From: a virus
Taxonomy: Duplodnaviria > Heunggongvirae > Uroviricota > Caudoviricetes
Direction: 5' to 3' (one strand)
Length of the DNA: 26,325 nucleotides
Virus record (IMG/VR): IMGVR_UViG_2648501669_000017
Shown here: piece by piece, positions 17,266-25,911 of the stretch
Numbering within the stretch: position 1 is the stretch's first letter
Layout of the letters: every line of letters starts with the position of its first letter
Translations under genes and position numbers: made by a program
The notes under the pieces: model-generated
What the model was told of the DNA's origin: nothing
What the model saw: only the letters and a program-made list of their open reading frames with translations
Databases searched by the model: none

Positions 17266-17652
17266 AGCTGATCCTGCCTTTTCCGCCCAGCGTGAACACG
17301 TACTGGCGACACCCCAACAAAGGGGCGTTTGCTGGTAAGAGCCTGATAAGCGCGGCTGGGCGAAAATTCCAGAGCGCGGCGTGCGCAGCAATAGTTGAGC
17401 AGTTACGTCGTCTGCCGAAACCAACGTCGGCACCTGCTTCAGTGGAGATCGTGTTGTTTCCTCCGGATAACAGGATCCGCGATCTGGACAACTATAACAA
17501 GGCGCTGTTTGACGCCCTGACCCACGCGGGGGGTGTGGGAAGACGACAGTCAGGTGAAAAGAATGCTGGTGGAGTGGGGACCGGTTATCCCGGAAGGGAA
17601 GGTCGAGATCACTATCAGTAAGTACGAGAAAACGGCGGGTGCAGCTGCCTGA
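17262..17652 (+). pseudogene. rusA: rusA Holliday-junction resolvase with a +1 frameshift in a G6 homopolymer (intact frame would end at 17652)
   Basis: N-terminal 90 aa are RusA-like (...RIRDLDNYNKALFDALTHAG); after the GGGGGG run at 17528-17533 the annotated frame gives nonsense (GVGRRQSGEKNAGGVGTGYPGREGRDHYQ), while the +1 frame gives RusA-like ...VWEDDSQVKRMLVEWGPVIPEGKVEITISKYE. Confidence 0.75.
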
Positions 17653-17671
17653 TTAAGAGGAGAAACGAAGT

Positions 17672-18481
17672 ATGAATAATCTGATGGTCATTGATGGTAT
17701 TGAAGTTCGTCGTGATGCTTATGGGCGTTACAGCCTGAACGATCTGCATCGCGCAGCAGTAGCATCTGGTGCAAATGCCAGAACCAAGGAGCCAGGAAAG
17801 TTTCTTTCCAGCCAACAAACTGTTGAGCTTGTTCATGAATTGACCAACACCCAGAATTTGGGTGTTGACCCGGTGAGTGTGATTCATGGGGGAAATGAAC
17901 GGGGAACGTATGTCTGTAAGGAACTGGTGTATGCCTATGCAATGTGGATCAGCCCGTCATTCCATCTGAAGGTGATCCGTACTTTCGACAAGGTAACCAG
18001 CGCACCGGAAAAATTATCCGGACTGGCTGCTGACAAGATGCAGGCTGGTGTGATTCTGCTGGACTTTATGCGCCGGGAGTTAAACCTGTCTAACTCATCA
18101 GTGCTTGGTGCCTGTCAGAAACTCCAGGAGGCTGTTGGCTTACCGAATCTGGCACCGCGCTATGCCATTGATGCTCCTGCTGACGCGCCTGATGGCTCAA
18201 GCCGCCCCACGCTGTCACTGAGTGCACTGCTGAAGCAGTATGGTATCCGCCTGACAGCTAATCAGGCATATCACCAGATGGTGAAACTGGGGATCGTCGA
18301 GCAGCGCGAACGATACAGCCGTACCGCGATTAACAACATCAAAAAATTCTGGTCGCTGACAGCGAAAGGCTGCATGTTCGGCAAGAACATCACCAGTCCC
18401 GCAAATCCGCGCGAGACGCAGCCGCACTTCTTCGAATCCCGATTCCCTGAGCTGTTAAAGCTGCTCGATACCGTTCATTGA
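17672..18481 (+). CDS. KilA-N domain protein (antirepressor/Bro-like family)
   Basis: ATG 17672 after AAGAGGAG; N-terminal ~100 aa fit the KilA-N pattern (...LNDLHRAAVASGANARTKEPGKFLSSQQTVELVHEL...VIHGGNERGTYVCKELVYAYAMWISPSFHLKVIRTFD). Confidence 0.7.
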   Translation: MNNLMVIDGIEVRRDAYGRYSLNDLHRAAVASGANARTKEPGKFLSSQQTVELVHELTNTQNLGVDPVSVIHGGNERGTYVCKELVYAYAMWISPSFHLKVIRTFDKVTSAPEKLSGLAADKMQAGVILLDFMRRELNLSNSSVLGACQKLQEAVGLPNLAPRYAIDAPADAPDGSSRPTLSLSALLKQYGIRLTANQAYHQMVKLGIVEQRERYSRTAINNIKKFWSLTAKGCMFGKNITSPANPRETQPHFFESRFPELLKLLDTVH

Positions 18482-18482
18482 G

Positions 18483-19478
18483 GTGACCGTGAGAGCACTA
18501 CTGACCCCTGAAATTGCCCCGCGTATGGGGATCGTATTGTTCAGACCAGGTTCAGAGCTGATGCCCCTGTTTATGCAGGGGCGTGTCCTGCTGGAGCCTG
18601 AGCCGGAACGTTATTCATCTTTCGCCAGTGGTGCTGTTCCGGCGGCATCACAACCGCTGGTGGATGATCCTGCCGTTCGGGCCGTGTTCCGCAATGAGGC
18701 AGTGATCCGTCGTGCTGGTGGCGTGGAATGTCTTGAAAGCTGGTTACTTTGTGAAAAAGGCTGCCAGTGGCCTCATTCCGACTGGCACAGCGAGAACATG
18801 ACCACAATGCGACACGCTCCGGGCGCAATCCGTCTGTGCTGGCACTGCGATAACCAGCTGCGCGATCAGTTCACGGAACGGCTGGAATCAATGGCAACGG
18901 ATAACTGTGCCCGCTGGGTGTTGTCTGTTGTGCGTCGGGATCTCGGTTTTGATGACAGTCACGTTGTGACAATGCCGGAACTGTGCTGGTGGCTGATTCG
19001 TAATGACCTGGCGGATGCCTTACCGGAAAGTGCAGCCCGTAAGGCACTGAGATTACCGAAGCCTGTTGTGCCGTCTGTCACCCGGGAAAGTGACCTTGTG
19101 CCTTCGGTTCCTGCCACCAGCATCATCCAGGATAAGGCGAAAAAGGTGCTGGCGCTGAAAGTGGATCCGGAGTCGCCGGAGTCTTTTATGTTACGCCCAA
19201 AACGTCGCCGCTGGGTTAATGAAAAGTACACGCGCTGGGTTAAGACACAGCCGTGTGCATGTTGTGGAAAGCCCGCTGATGATCCCCACCACCTGATAGG
19301 CCACGGTCAAGGGGGAATGGGTACAAAAGCGCATGACCTCTTTGTGTTGCCTTTGTGCAGAAAGCATCACGACGAGCTGCATGCGGATACCGTGGCATTT
19401 GAAGAGAAGTATGGCTCCCAGCTGGAGCTGATATTTCGTTTTATCGATCGTGCGCTGGCAATTGGCGTGCTGGCCTGA
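18483..19478 (+). CDS. DUF968-type phage protein with C-terminal Cys/His-rich (zinc-finger/HNH-like) motif
   Basis: GTG start (18483 or 18489); C-terminal ...[49 protein letters not shown] pattern as recalled for DUF968 proteins in the nin regions of lambdoid prophages. Confidence 0.65.
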   Translation: MTVRALLTPEIAPRMGIVLFRPGSELMPLFMQGRVLLEPEPERYSSFASGAVPAASQPLVDDPAVRAVFRNEAVIRRAGGVECLESWLLCEKGCQWPHSDWHSENMTTMRHAPGAIRLCWHCDNQLRDQFTERLESMATDNCARWVLSVVRRDLGFDDSHVVTMPELCWWLIRNDLADALPESAARKALRLPKPVVPSVTRESDLVPSVPATSIIQDKAKKVLALKVDPESPESFMLRPKRRRWVNEKYTRWVKTQPCACCGKPADDPHHLIGHGQGGMGTKAHDLFVLPLCRKHHDELHADTVAFEEKYGSQLELIFRFIDRALAIGVLA

Positions 19479-19495
19479 TTTTGTGGAGGAAGTTG

Positions 19496-19867
19496 ATGCG
19501 TGATATTCAAATGGTTCTTGAACGTTGGGGGGCATGGGCGGCTAATAATCATGAGGATGTGACCTGGTCGTCCATTGCTGCCGGTTTTAAGGGATTACTT
19601 CCTTCAAAAGTAAAATCCCGTCCGCAATGTTGTGACGATGACGCGATGATCATTTGCGGGTGCATGGCCCGTCTGAAAAAGAACAACAGCGATTTGCACG
19701 ATTTATTAGTAGATTATTATGTAGGTGGTATGACGTTTATGGCGCTTGCCCGTAAACATGGGCGTTCTGATTGCTGGGTTGGGCGCTTATTGCAAAAGGC
19801 AGAAGGCATCATTGAAGGTATGTTGATAATGTTAGAAATAGAATTGGAAATGGACTCAAATATCTAG
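19496..19867 (+). CDS. Q: Late-gene antiterminator Q (QuuD / phage-82-type Q family)
   Basis: ATG 19496 with GGAGGA 5 nt upstream (track start 19481 is TTG); [34 protein letters not shown]...[17 protein letters not shown] matches my recollection of DLP12 QuuD; sits just before the late region. Confidence 0.8.
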   Translation: MRDIQMVLERWGAWAANNHEDVTWSSIAAGFKGLLPSKVKSRPQCCDDDAMIICGCMARLKKNNSDLHDLLVDYYVGGMTFMALARKHGRSDCWVGRLLQKAEGIIEGMLIMLEIELEMDSNI

Positions 19868-19994
19868 AAAGATATTTTATGAGTATCTGGATTTTTAATT
19901 TGTATTGTTAGCATGAAATTAAGGAGGGTGGACTGTTTGTGCTTTATATTAATGTTTTTGTGGGGATTTAATAACCACTGATTTATTTGAGGGT

Positions 19995-20029
19995 GGCGCT
20001 AATGTACAAGGTTTTTAGTAATTAGCGCC
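19995..20029. terminator. 9-bp inverted repeat GGCGCTAAT...ATTAGCGCC (17-nt loop) with a downstream T-rich tract on the plus strand: candidate tR'-type late terminator and/or terminator of the minus-strand gene 20040-21491
   Basis: Direct reading; located between the Q stop and the 3' end of the convergent ATPase gene. Confidence 0.4.
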
Positions 20030-20039
20030 TGCTGGTTTG

Positions 20040-21491
20040 TTATTTTATTTTGCTTACTATATTTGTAATAAGTGGGTCAAATTTCTCATCAATAATTTCA
20101 ATATATTTTTTTATTGCTAAAGTTCTAATTACTTCCTCCTCACATTCTGCTTCTTTAGCAATTGCTTGAGTGTAATTGTGATGATCACTAATCCCTTCCT
20201 TTTTTATTAACCAATCAAAATCAATATGATACTCCTTGTAGAGGAATTTTTTTACTTCCTCATGTTGAAATACTTCTACTTCTGGTGGCCTATTGCCAGG
20301 GAAAGAAAATAAATCATCTTTAATGTTTTCTCCAACATCTGCATCTCTTACGGCAATAACATTAAGGCCTGCTTTCTTGAATACCTCGACTGCTTGTCGG
20401 ACTGCATCTTTATCTCCAATATCAGTGATTTGAATGGATTTAAGAATGTCTCTCCGCTTTGCTCTAATTACTTCACTAAGTAAAACTTTTGCAAACTGGT
20501 CTTCTACGCAAATATGCAGCCCTTTAAACTGCCCATCAGACAGTATTGATCTCACATGAGTTGTTGAAATTCCATCTTTGATATAGACACCAGTCTGATC
20601 TCTAATAAGTAATTTTCGTGCATCAGGAGGTAAAGCATTTAATATCACACTTGAGTGTGTTGATAATATTATTTGATGTTTTCTACGTTGACATACTTCC
20701 ATTAAATATTTTGCAAATTCATACTGTGCGCTTTCATGAAGAGATGTTTCTGGTTCTTCTAGTACGAAAAGACTTTGCTCTGGAGCTGTTTCAAGCATAT
20801 CAACCGTATAAAGAACTCTTCCTTCGCCAAACCCCATGTTATTTTCAGAATAAGAATACCCAAGTCTTTCAACAATACCAATTTCTGAACGACGTGCTCT
20901 ATGAGAAATTCCTTGGAATGCGATATCATCATATGGATGACCTATTATTTTTGCCATCTTCAATATTACTGAATGGTCGACGCTTCTTCTCTCTGTTAAA
21001 TCAAAGTCTTTACCGCCATAAACACTTATATCTCTACGTTCTACTTTTGGAATATAGACAGTAAAACCAATGTAAAAACAGTGTCTTTCTGGTTGTCTTT
21101 TATATCCAGACCAAGAAGACTTTATGCGAGTGACAGTCACATCTTGTGTTTTCGTTGAATCATTTGTTTCATATTTATAAATGACACTGGCGTCATTATC
21201 GAAAGGGGCTGGATCGGCTTTAGATACAGGGAAAAAATCTTTAATATATAATCTCTTATATTCACGGGCTGTAACTGGTTTTTTATATGCGCATATTGCT
21301 AACTGCCCAAGAGTGCTTTTCCCAGCGCCGTTTAGCCCTGATATTGCAGTTACCGGAAAATTTATATTTAATGTTAGTTTTTTTATTCCTCGAAATCCAT
21401 TTATCTCTAGACTTTTAATTACGGAGCCAAAGTTTGAGTATCTATTTTTATCAAAGTACATGCATTTTAGTATATTTTTTATGTCTGACAT
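20040..21491 (-). CDS. OLD-family-like ATPase-nuclease: N-terminal ABC-type ATPase + C-terminal TOPRIM-like domain (candidate anti-phage defence protein)
   Basis: 483 aa; ATG 21491 with AGGAAAG 8 nt upstream; Walker A GLNGAGKST (aa 52-60), signature-like SENNMGFGEG (aa 214-223), Walker B LFVLEEPE (aa 241-248), H-loop LSTHS (aa 276-280); TOPRIM-like acidic motifs HICVEDQ (E330) and IAVRDADVGEN (D383/D385); visibly AT-rich; transcribed against the late operon. Confidence 0.75.
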   Translation of the reverse strand: MSDIKNILKCMYFDKNRYSNFGSVIKSLEINGFRGIKKLTLNINFPVTAISGLNGAGKSTLGQLAICAYKKPVTAREYKRLYIKDFFPVSKADPAPFDNDASVIYKYETNDSTKTQDVTVTRIKSSWSGYKRQPERHCFYIGFTVYIPKVERRDISVYGGKDFDLTERRSVDHSVILKMAKIIGHPYDDIAFQGISHRARRSEIGIVERLGYSYSENNMGFGEGRVLYTVDMLETAPEQSLFVLEEPETSLHESAQYEFAKYLMEVCQRRKHQIILSTHSSVILNALPPDARKLLIRDQTGVYIKDGISTTHVRSILSDGQFKGLHICVEDQFAKVLLSEVIRAKRRDILKSIQITDIGDKDAVRQAVEVFKKAGLNVIAVRDADVGENIKDDLFSFPGNRPPEVEVFQHEEVKKFLYKEYHIDFDWLIKKEGISDHHNYTQAIAKEAECEEEVIRTLAIKKYIEIIDEKFDPLITNIVSKIK

Positions 21492-21755
21492 TTTTTATCT
21501 TTCCTGATATGAATGAGAGTTATCTTTAGAAAAACAATAAATTTATAACATTTAGAGATGTATTCATCAATGATTGGGTAAATATCGTGCATTTGTTGTT
21601 TTAAAATCAACCAAGAATGATTTTTATAATTATGTCAATTGCCTTATTATCAATATGGTAATGTTTTCTCAATCTAATTATTGGGGGGAATATATTATTT
21701 ACAATCGTAAATAATCAGATATGCTCTCAAGAGTGGTTACTTCGCCACACAACTT

Positions 21756-21781
21756 AAACCCGCCGTCGAGCGGGTTTTTTT
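21756..21781 (+). terminator. Rho-independent terminator (plus strand) in the AT-rich region upstream of the small wHTH gene
   Basis: AAACCCGC-cgtcga-GCGGGTTT followed by T-run (tttttttg). Confidence 0.6.
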
Positions 21782-21903
21782 GTACCTGTAAACCTGGTGC
21801 AGTACGGTAAACACGCTGGTGGTCGTGAATACTGACTTTTTATCTTGCTGGCTTTTTAGACAAGAGTTATTGGTATGTCATGTTAACCAGAAGGAAAAAA
21901 GAC

Positions 21904-22098
21904 ATGCTAAAACAGCAAGATATGACAGAAACGGCGAAAGTTGTTTTTAATGAATTAAGCATCGAACCGGCAACAGTCGGGGAGATTGCACAAAACACAT
22001 ATCTTTCACGCGAACGCTGTCAGTTAATACTGACCCAGTTGGTTATGGCGGGGCTGGCAGATTACCAGTTCGGCTGTTACAGACGCCTTCAGCAATGA
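21904..22098 (+). CDS. Small winged-helix DNA-binding-like protein (hypothetical)
   Basis: ORF 21880-22098; the ATG at 21904 follows AGGAAAAAAG; ...ATVGEIAQNTYLSRERCQLILTQLVMAGL resembles a wHTH recognition helix + wing. Confidence 0.45.
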   Translation: MLKQQDMTETAKVVFNELSIEPATVGEIAQNTYLSRERCQLILTQLVMAGLADYQFGCYRRLQQ

Positions 22099-22124
22099 AG
22101 GACTTTTAATTTGTGAAAATGGGC

Positions 22125-22155
22125 GGCTGGTGGGTGTTGGTAGCACCTGCCAGCC
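22125..22155 (+). other. 12-bp stem RNA hairpin (two G-U pairs) upstream of the methyltransferase gene; no U-tract
   Basis: GGCTGGTGGGTG-ttggtag-CACCTGCCAGCC read directly. Confidence 0.4.
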
Positions 22156-22247
22156 ATTCGCTCATGCTTACTGGTCACAAGCGAACCACGGCCCACTGCT
22201 TTAGCGCAAAAGCATAGTGAGCCTACCAGAGTTACGCTTACTGATCC

Positions 22248-23300
22248 ATGAAAAATACTGTAAAAATAAACAGTGTTGATTTAATCAACGCTGATTGCCT
22301 GCATTTTATTCAGTCCCTGCCTGATGATTCCATTGACCTGATTGTTACCGATCCGCCTTACTTCAAGGTGAAACCCAACGGTTGGGACAATCAGTGGAAA
22401 GGGGACGAAGATTACCTTAAGTGGCTGGACCACTGTCTGGCCCAGTTCTGGCGGGTGTTGAAACCTGCCGGAAGCCTTTACCTGTTCTGTGGGCATCGCC
22501 TGGCATCTGATATTGAGATCATGATGCGTGAACGTTTCAACGTGCTTAACCATATCATCTGGGCGAAGCCGTCCGGACGTTGGAATGGGTGTAATAAAGA
22601 AAGTCTGCGCGCATATTTTCCTGCCACAGAGCGCGTTCTGTTTGCTGAACATTACCAGGGGCCATATCGCGGCAAAAGTGACGACTATGCGGCAAAAGAA
22701 AGGGAACTCAAACAGCACATAATGGCACCGCTGATATCGTATTTCAGGGATGCTCGTGCCGAACTGGGTATAACGGCAAAACAAATTGCCGAAGCCACAG
22801 ATAAGAAAAATATGGTTTCCCACTGGTTTGGTGCCAGTCAGTGGCAGTTGCCGAATGAGGCTGACTATCGGAAGTTACAGGCACTGTTTTCCCGTATAGC
22901 GGCAGAGAAGTTTCAGGAACAACAACTGGAACAACCACACCACCAGCTGGTGGCATCTTATGATTCACTGAATCGCAAATATTCTGAATTGCTGGATGAG
23001 TTTAAATCTCTCCGGCGCTATTTCTCCGTATCAGTCTCTGTGCCTTATACCGATGTCTGGACGCATAAGCCCGTTCAGTTCTACCCGGGTAAACATCCGT
23101 GCGAGAAACCGGCGGATATGCTCCGGCAAATAATCAATGCCAGTAGTCGACCTGGTGATCTGGTTGCTGATTTCTTTATGGGATCCGGTTCCACAATAAA
23201 AGCAGCAATGGCGCTGGGGCGTCGGGCGTTAGGTGTTGAACTTGAGTCAGAGCGGTTTAATCAGACGGTGAAAGAGGTAAGTGAACTGGTGGGGAAATAA
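22248..23300 (+). CDS. Orphan DNA methyltransferase, beta-class (motif IV DPPY N-terminal, motif I FxGxG C-terminal); N6-adenine or N4-cytosine specific
   Basis: 350 aa; IVTDPPYF (aa 32-39) and ADFFMGSGST (aa ~308-317); central insertion with an HTH-like segment (ITAKQIAEATD); no adjacent restriction endonuclease recognisable. Confidence 0.85.
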   Translation: MKNTVKINSVDLINADCLHFIQSLPDDSIDLIVTDPPYFKVKPNGWDNQWKGDEDYLKWLDHCLAQFWRVLKPAGSLYLFCGHRLASDIEIMMRERFNVLNHIIWAKPSGRWNGCNKESLRAYFPATERVLFAEHYQGPYRGKSDDYAAKERELKQHIMAPLISYFRDARAELGITAKQIAEATDKKNMVSHWFGASQWQLPNEADYRKLQALFSRIAAEKFQEQQLEQPHHQLVASYDSLNRKYSELLDEFKSLRRYFSVSVSVPYTDVWTHKPVQFYPGKHPCEKPADMLRQIINASSRPGDLVADFFMGSGSTIKAAMALGRRALGVELESERFNQTVKEVSELVGK

Positions 23301-23307
23301 TTCTGGT

Positions 23308-23330
23308 GGCCACGTTGCGTGGCCTTTTTA
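23308..23330 (+). terminator. Rho-independent terminator after the methyltransferase gene, upstream of the lysis cassette
   Basis: GGCCACG-ttg-CGTGGCC followed by TTTTTA. Confidence 0.6.
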
Positions 23331-23376
23331 TTTCCAACACAGCACCCGCAAATATCGCGAGGTGAGAGATGACGAA

Positions 23377-23703
23377 ATGCCTCATAACCCAAATACCTGG
23401 CTGGAGTTGGTACAGAGCTGGTGGCGTGGAGACACACCACTGGGCGCAGTAATTATGTCGATCGTTATGGCTGGTTTACGTATTGCCTATTTTGGTGGCG
23501 GTGGCGGCTGGAAGCGAAAAACGCTCGAGATTTTGCTCTGTGGCGCTCTGACACTGACCTTTGCATCCGCGCTTGAGTATGTCGGATGGCCTAAATCACT
23601 TTCTGTTGCTATTGGTGGTGGGGTGGGGCTGATCGGGGTCGATGCTATTCGTGGTGCGGCAATGAGAGTAATCGGTAACAAGTTTGGTAGCTCGAAGGAG
23701 TAA
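23377..23703 (+). CDS. Putative holin (about 3 TM helices), not lambda-S-like
   Basis: Sits immediately before endolysin R with 3-nt spacing; hydrophobic helices LGAVIMSIVMAGLRIAYF, LEILLCGALTLTFASALEYVGW, SVAIGGGVGLIGVDAI; charged C-terminus; start ambiguous (ATG 23377 or GTG 23362). Confidence 0.55.
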   Translation: MPHNPNTWLELVQSWWRGDTPLGAVIMSIVMAGLRIAYFGGGGGWKRKTLEILLCGALTLTFASALEYVGWPKSLSVAIGGGVGLIGVDAIRGAAMRVIGNKFGSSKE

Positions 23704-23706
23704 TTT

Positions 23707-24183
23707 ATGCAGGAACTAAATCCTCAGCGTAAAGCTTTCCTTGATATGGTGGCCTGGTCAGAAGGAACGGATAACGGGCGACAACCGACACGTAACCACG
23801 GTTATGATGTTATTGTTGGTGGTGAACTGTTCACTGATTACTCCGATCACCCTCGCAAACTTGTCACGCTAAACCCCAAACTCAAATCAACAGCCGCCGG
23901 ACGTTACCAGCTTCTTTCACGCTGGTGGGATGCTTACCGTAAACAGCTTGGCCTGAAAGATTTTTCTCCAGAAAGCCAGGACGCTGTAGCTCTGCAGCAG
24001 ATTAAAGAGCGTGGCGCTTTACCGATGATTGACCGCGGCAATATTCGTCAGGCAATCGACCGTTGCAGCAATATCTGGGCTTCACTGCCGGGCGCTGGTT
24101 ATGGTCAGTTCGAGCATAAGGCTGACAGCCTGATTGCAAAATTCAAAGAAGCGGGCGGAACGGTCAGAGAGATTGAGGTATGA
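23707..24183 (+). CDS. R: Endolysin R (lambda-type lytic transglycosylase)
   Basis: 158 aa; near-identical to lambda R as recalled (...[80 protein letters not shown]...). Confidence 0.95.
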   Translation: MQELNPQRKAFLDMVAWSEGTDNGRQPTRNHGYDVIVGGELFTDYSDHPRKLVTLNPKLKSTAAGRYQLLSRWWDAYRKQLGLKDFSPESQDAVALQQIKERGALPMIDRGNIRQAIDRCSNIWASLPGAGYGQFEHKADSLIAKFKEAGGTVREIEV

Positions 24184-24641
24184 ACAGATTAACCGCGATT
24201 ATCTCCGCTCTGGTTATCTGCATCATCGTCTGTCTGTCATGGGCGGTTAATCATTACCGTGATAACGCCATTACCTACAAAGCCCAGCGCGACAAAAATG
24301 CCAGAGAACTGAAGCTGGCGAACTCGACAATTACTGACATGCAGGTGCGCCAACGTGATGTTGCTGCGCTCGATGCAAAATACACGAAGGAGTTAGCTGA
24401 TGCGAAAGCTGAAAATGATGCTCTGCGTGATGATGTCGCCGCTGGTCGTCGTCGGTTGCACATCAAAGCAGTCTGTCAGTCAGTGCGTGAAGCCACCACC
24501 GCCTCCGGCGTGGATAATGCAGCCTCCCCCCGACTGGCAGACACCGCTGAACGGGATTATTTCACCCTCAGAGAGAGGCTGATCACTATGCAAAAACAAC
24601 TGGAAGGAACCCAGAAGTATATTAATGAGCAGTGCAGATAG
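24180..24641 (+). CDS. Rz: Rz i-spanin
   Basis: 153 aa; near-identical to lambda Rz as recalled ([44 protein letters not shown]...); ATGA overlap with R. Confidence 0.95.
   Translation: MNRLTAIISALVICIIVCLSWAVNHYRDNAITYKAQRDKNARELKLANSTITDMQVRQRDVAALDAKYTKELADAKAENDALRDDVAAGRRRLHIKAVCQSVREATTASGVDNAASPRLADTAERDYFTLRERLITMQKQLEGTQKYINEQCR
24400..24582 (+). CDS. Rz1: Rz1 o-spanin lipoprotein, embedded in the +1 frame of Rz
   Basis: 60 aa; [60 protein letters not shown], lipobox + Pro-rich, as in lambda Rz1; AAGGAG 8 nt upstream. Confidence 0.9.
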   Translation: MRKLKMMLCVMMSPLVVVGCTSKQSVSQCVKPPPPPAWIMQPPPDWQTPLNGIISPSERG

Positions 24642-24672
24642 AGCTGCCCATATCGATGGGCAACTCATGCAA

Positions 24673-24966
24673 TTATTGTGAGCAATACACACGCGCTTCC
24701 AGCGGAGTATAAATGCCTAAAGTAATAAAACCGAGCAATCCATTTACGAATGTTTGCTGGGTTTCTGTTTTAACAACATTTTCTGCGCCGCCACAAATTT
24801 TGGCTGCATCAACAGTTTTCTCCTGTCCAATTCCCGAAACGAAGAAGTGATGGGTGATGGTTTCCTTTGGTGTTACTGCTGTCGGTTTGTTTCCAACAGT
24901 AAACGTCTGTTGAGCACATCCTGTAATAAGCATTGCCAGAGCGGCAGAAAACAACATTTTTTTCAT
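24673..24966 (-). CDS. bor: Bor lipoprotein (serum-resistance-associated outer-membrane lipoprotein)
   Basis: Credible start ATG 24966 (MKKMLFSAALAMLITGCAQQTF...), 97 aa, near-identical to lambda Bor as recalled; track ORF extends further upstream. Confidence 0.9.
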   Translation of the reverse strand: MKKMLFSAALAMLITGCAQQTFTVGNKPTAVTPKETITHHFFVSGIGQEKTVDAAKICGGAENVVKTETQQTFVNGLLGFITLGIYTPLEARVYCSQ

Positions 24967-25328
24967 CTTATTATCCTGCATTGTTAAAAACGGCAGAATC
25001 CTATGTGACAACAATTAAACGATAGTTAAATGGATTGATGAAAATTAAAACTATATAGGTGTACGCTCAGACTATTGGAGGAAGTTGGGGACACTCAGAA
25101 TCCTGTGGAATGAAATAAACCGGTCTATCCGTCTATTACCCTTTTAGCTGCGCTGTATCGTCGCCGTATTCCCGCATTAACCATGACCGTAGCCCGACGG
25201 GGAATTCCTTCTGCGTGAGTGTGCGGGAATAATCAAAAACGATGCACACCGGGTTTTACTGTGCTGACAGACGCAGGGTTACCCTCATAGTCGCTTTTCC
25301 GGTGCGATGGTGGAAGAAACCGGGATGT

Positions 25329-25523
25329 TCATCCATCATCACTCTGGATTGATGTATATGCTCTCTTTTCTGACGTTAGTCTCCGACGGCAGGCTTCAAT
25401 GACCCAGGCTGAGAAATTCCCAGACCCTTTTTGCTCAAGAGCGATGTTAATTTGTTCAATCATTTGGTTAGGAAAGCGGATGTTGCGGGTTGTTGTTCTG
25501 CGGGTTTTGTTCTTCGTTGACAT
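25329..25523 (-). CDS. Small hypothetical protein, possible ribbon-helix-helix fold, in the lambda-like region between bor and cos
   Basis: 64 aa, ATG 25523; ...RNIRFPNQMIEQINIALEQKGSGNFSAWVIEACRRRL resembles Arc/MetJ/CopG-type RHH; the surrounding DNA matches the lambda right end as recalled. Confidence 0.4.
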   Translation of the reverse strand: MSTKNKTRRTTTRNIRFPNQMIEQINIALEQKGSGNFSAWVIEACRRRLTSEKRAYTSIQSDDG

Positions 25524-25722
25524 GAGGTTGCCCCGTATTCAGTGTCGCTGATTTGTATTGTCTGAAGTTGTTTTTACGTTAAGTTGATGCAGATCAATTA
25601 ATACGATATCTGCGTCATAATTGATTATTTGACGTGGTTTGATTGCGTAGATGCACGTTGTGACATGCAGATGATAATTATTATCATTTTGCGGGTCCTT
25701 TCCGGCGATCCGACAGGTTACG

Positions 25723-25734
25723 GGGCGGCGACCT
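25723..25734. other. cosN cohesive-end site (GGGCGGCGACCT) of a lambda-type cos
   Basis: ...CCGACAGGTTACG|GGGCGGCGACCTCGCGGGTTTTCGCTATTTATGAAAATTTTCCGG... matches the junction of lambda's right and left ends as recalled; cosB-like R-site sequence (CGTTTCCTTTCT) lies between it and nu1. Confidence 0.8.
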
Positions 25735-25911
25735 CGCGGGTTTTCGCTATTTATGAAAATTTTCCGGTTTAAGGCGTTTCCGTTCTTCTTCGTCGTAACT
25801 TAATGTTTTTATTTAAAATACCCCCTGAAAAGAAAGGAAACGACAGGTGCTGAAAACGAACTTTTGGGCCTTTGTCGTTTCCTTTCTCTGTTTTTGGCCG
25901 TGGAATGAACA

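Noticed and set aside
20618-21507. Plus-strand ORFs (20618-21064, 21181-21507) antisense to the OLD-like ATPase gene
   Set aside because: AT-rich antisense shadows of a well-supported minus-strand CDS
19868-23376. Looked for Shiga-toxin-like or other toxin genes at the Q-to-S moron position
   Set aside because: The ORFs present are an ATPase-nuclease-like protein, a small wHTH protein and a methyltransferase; nothing resembles A/B toxin subunits
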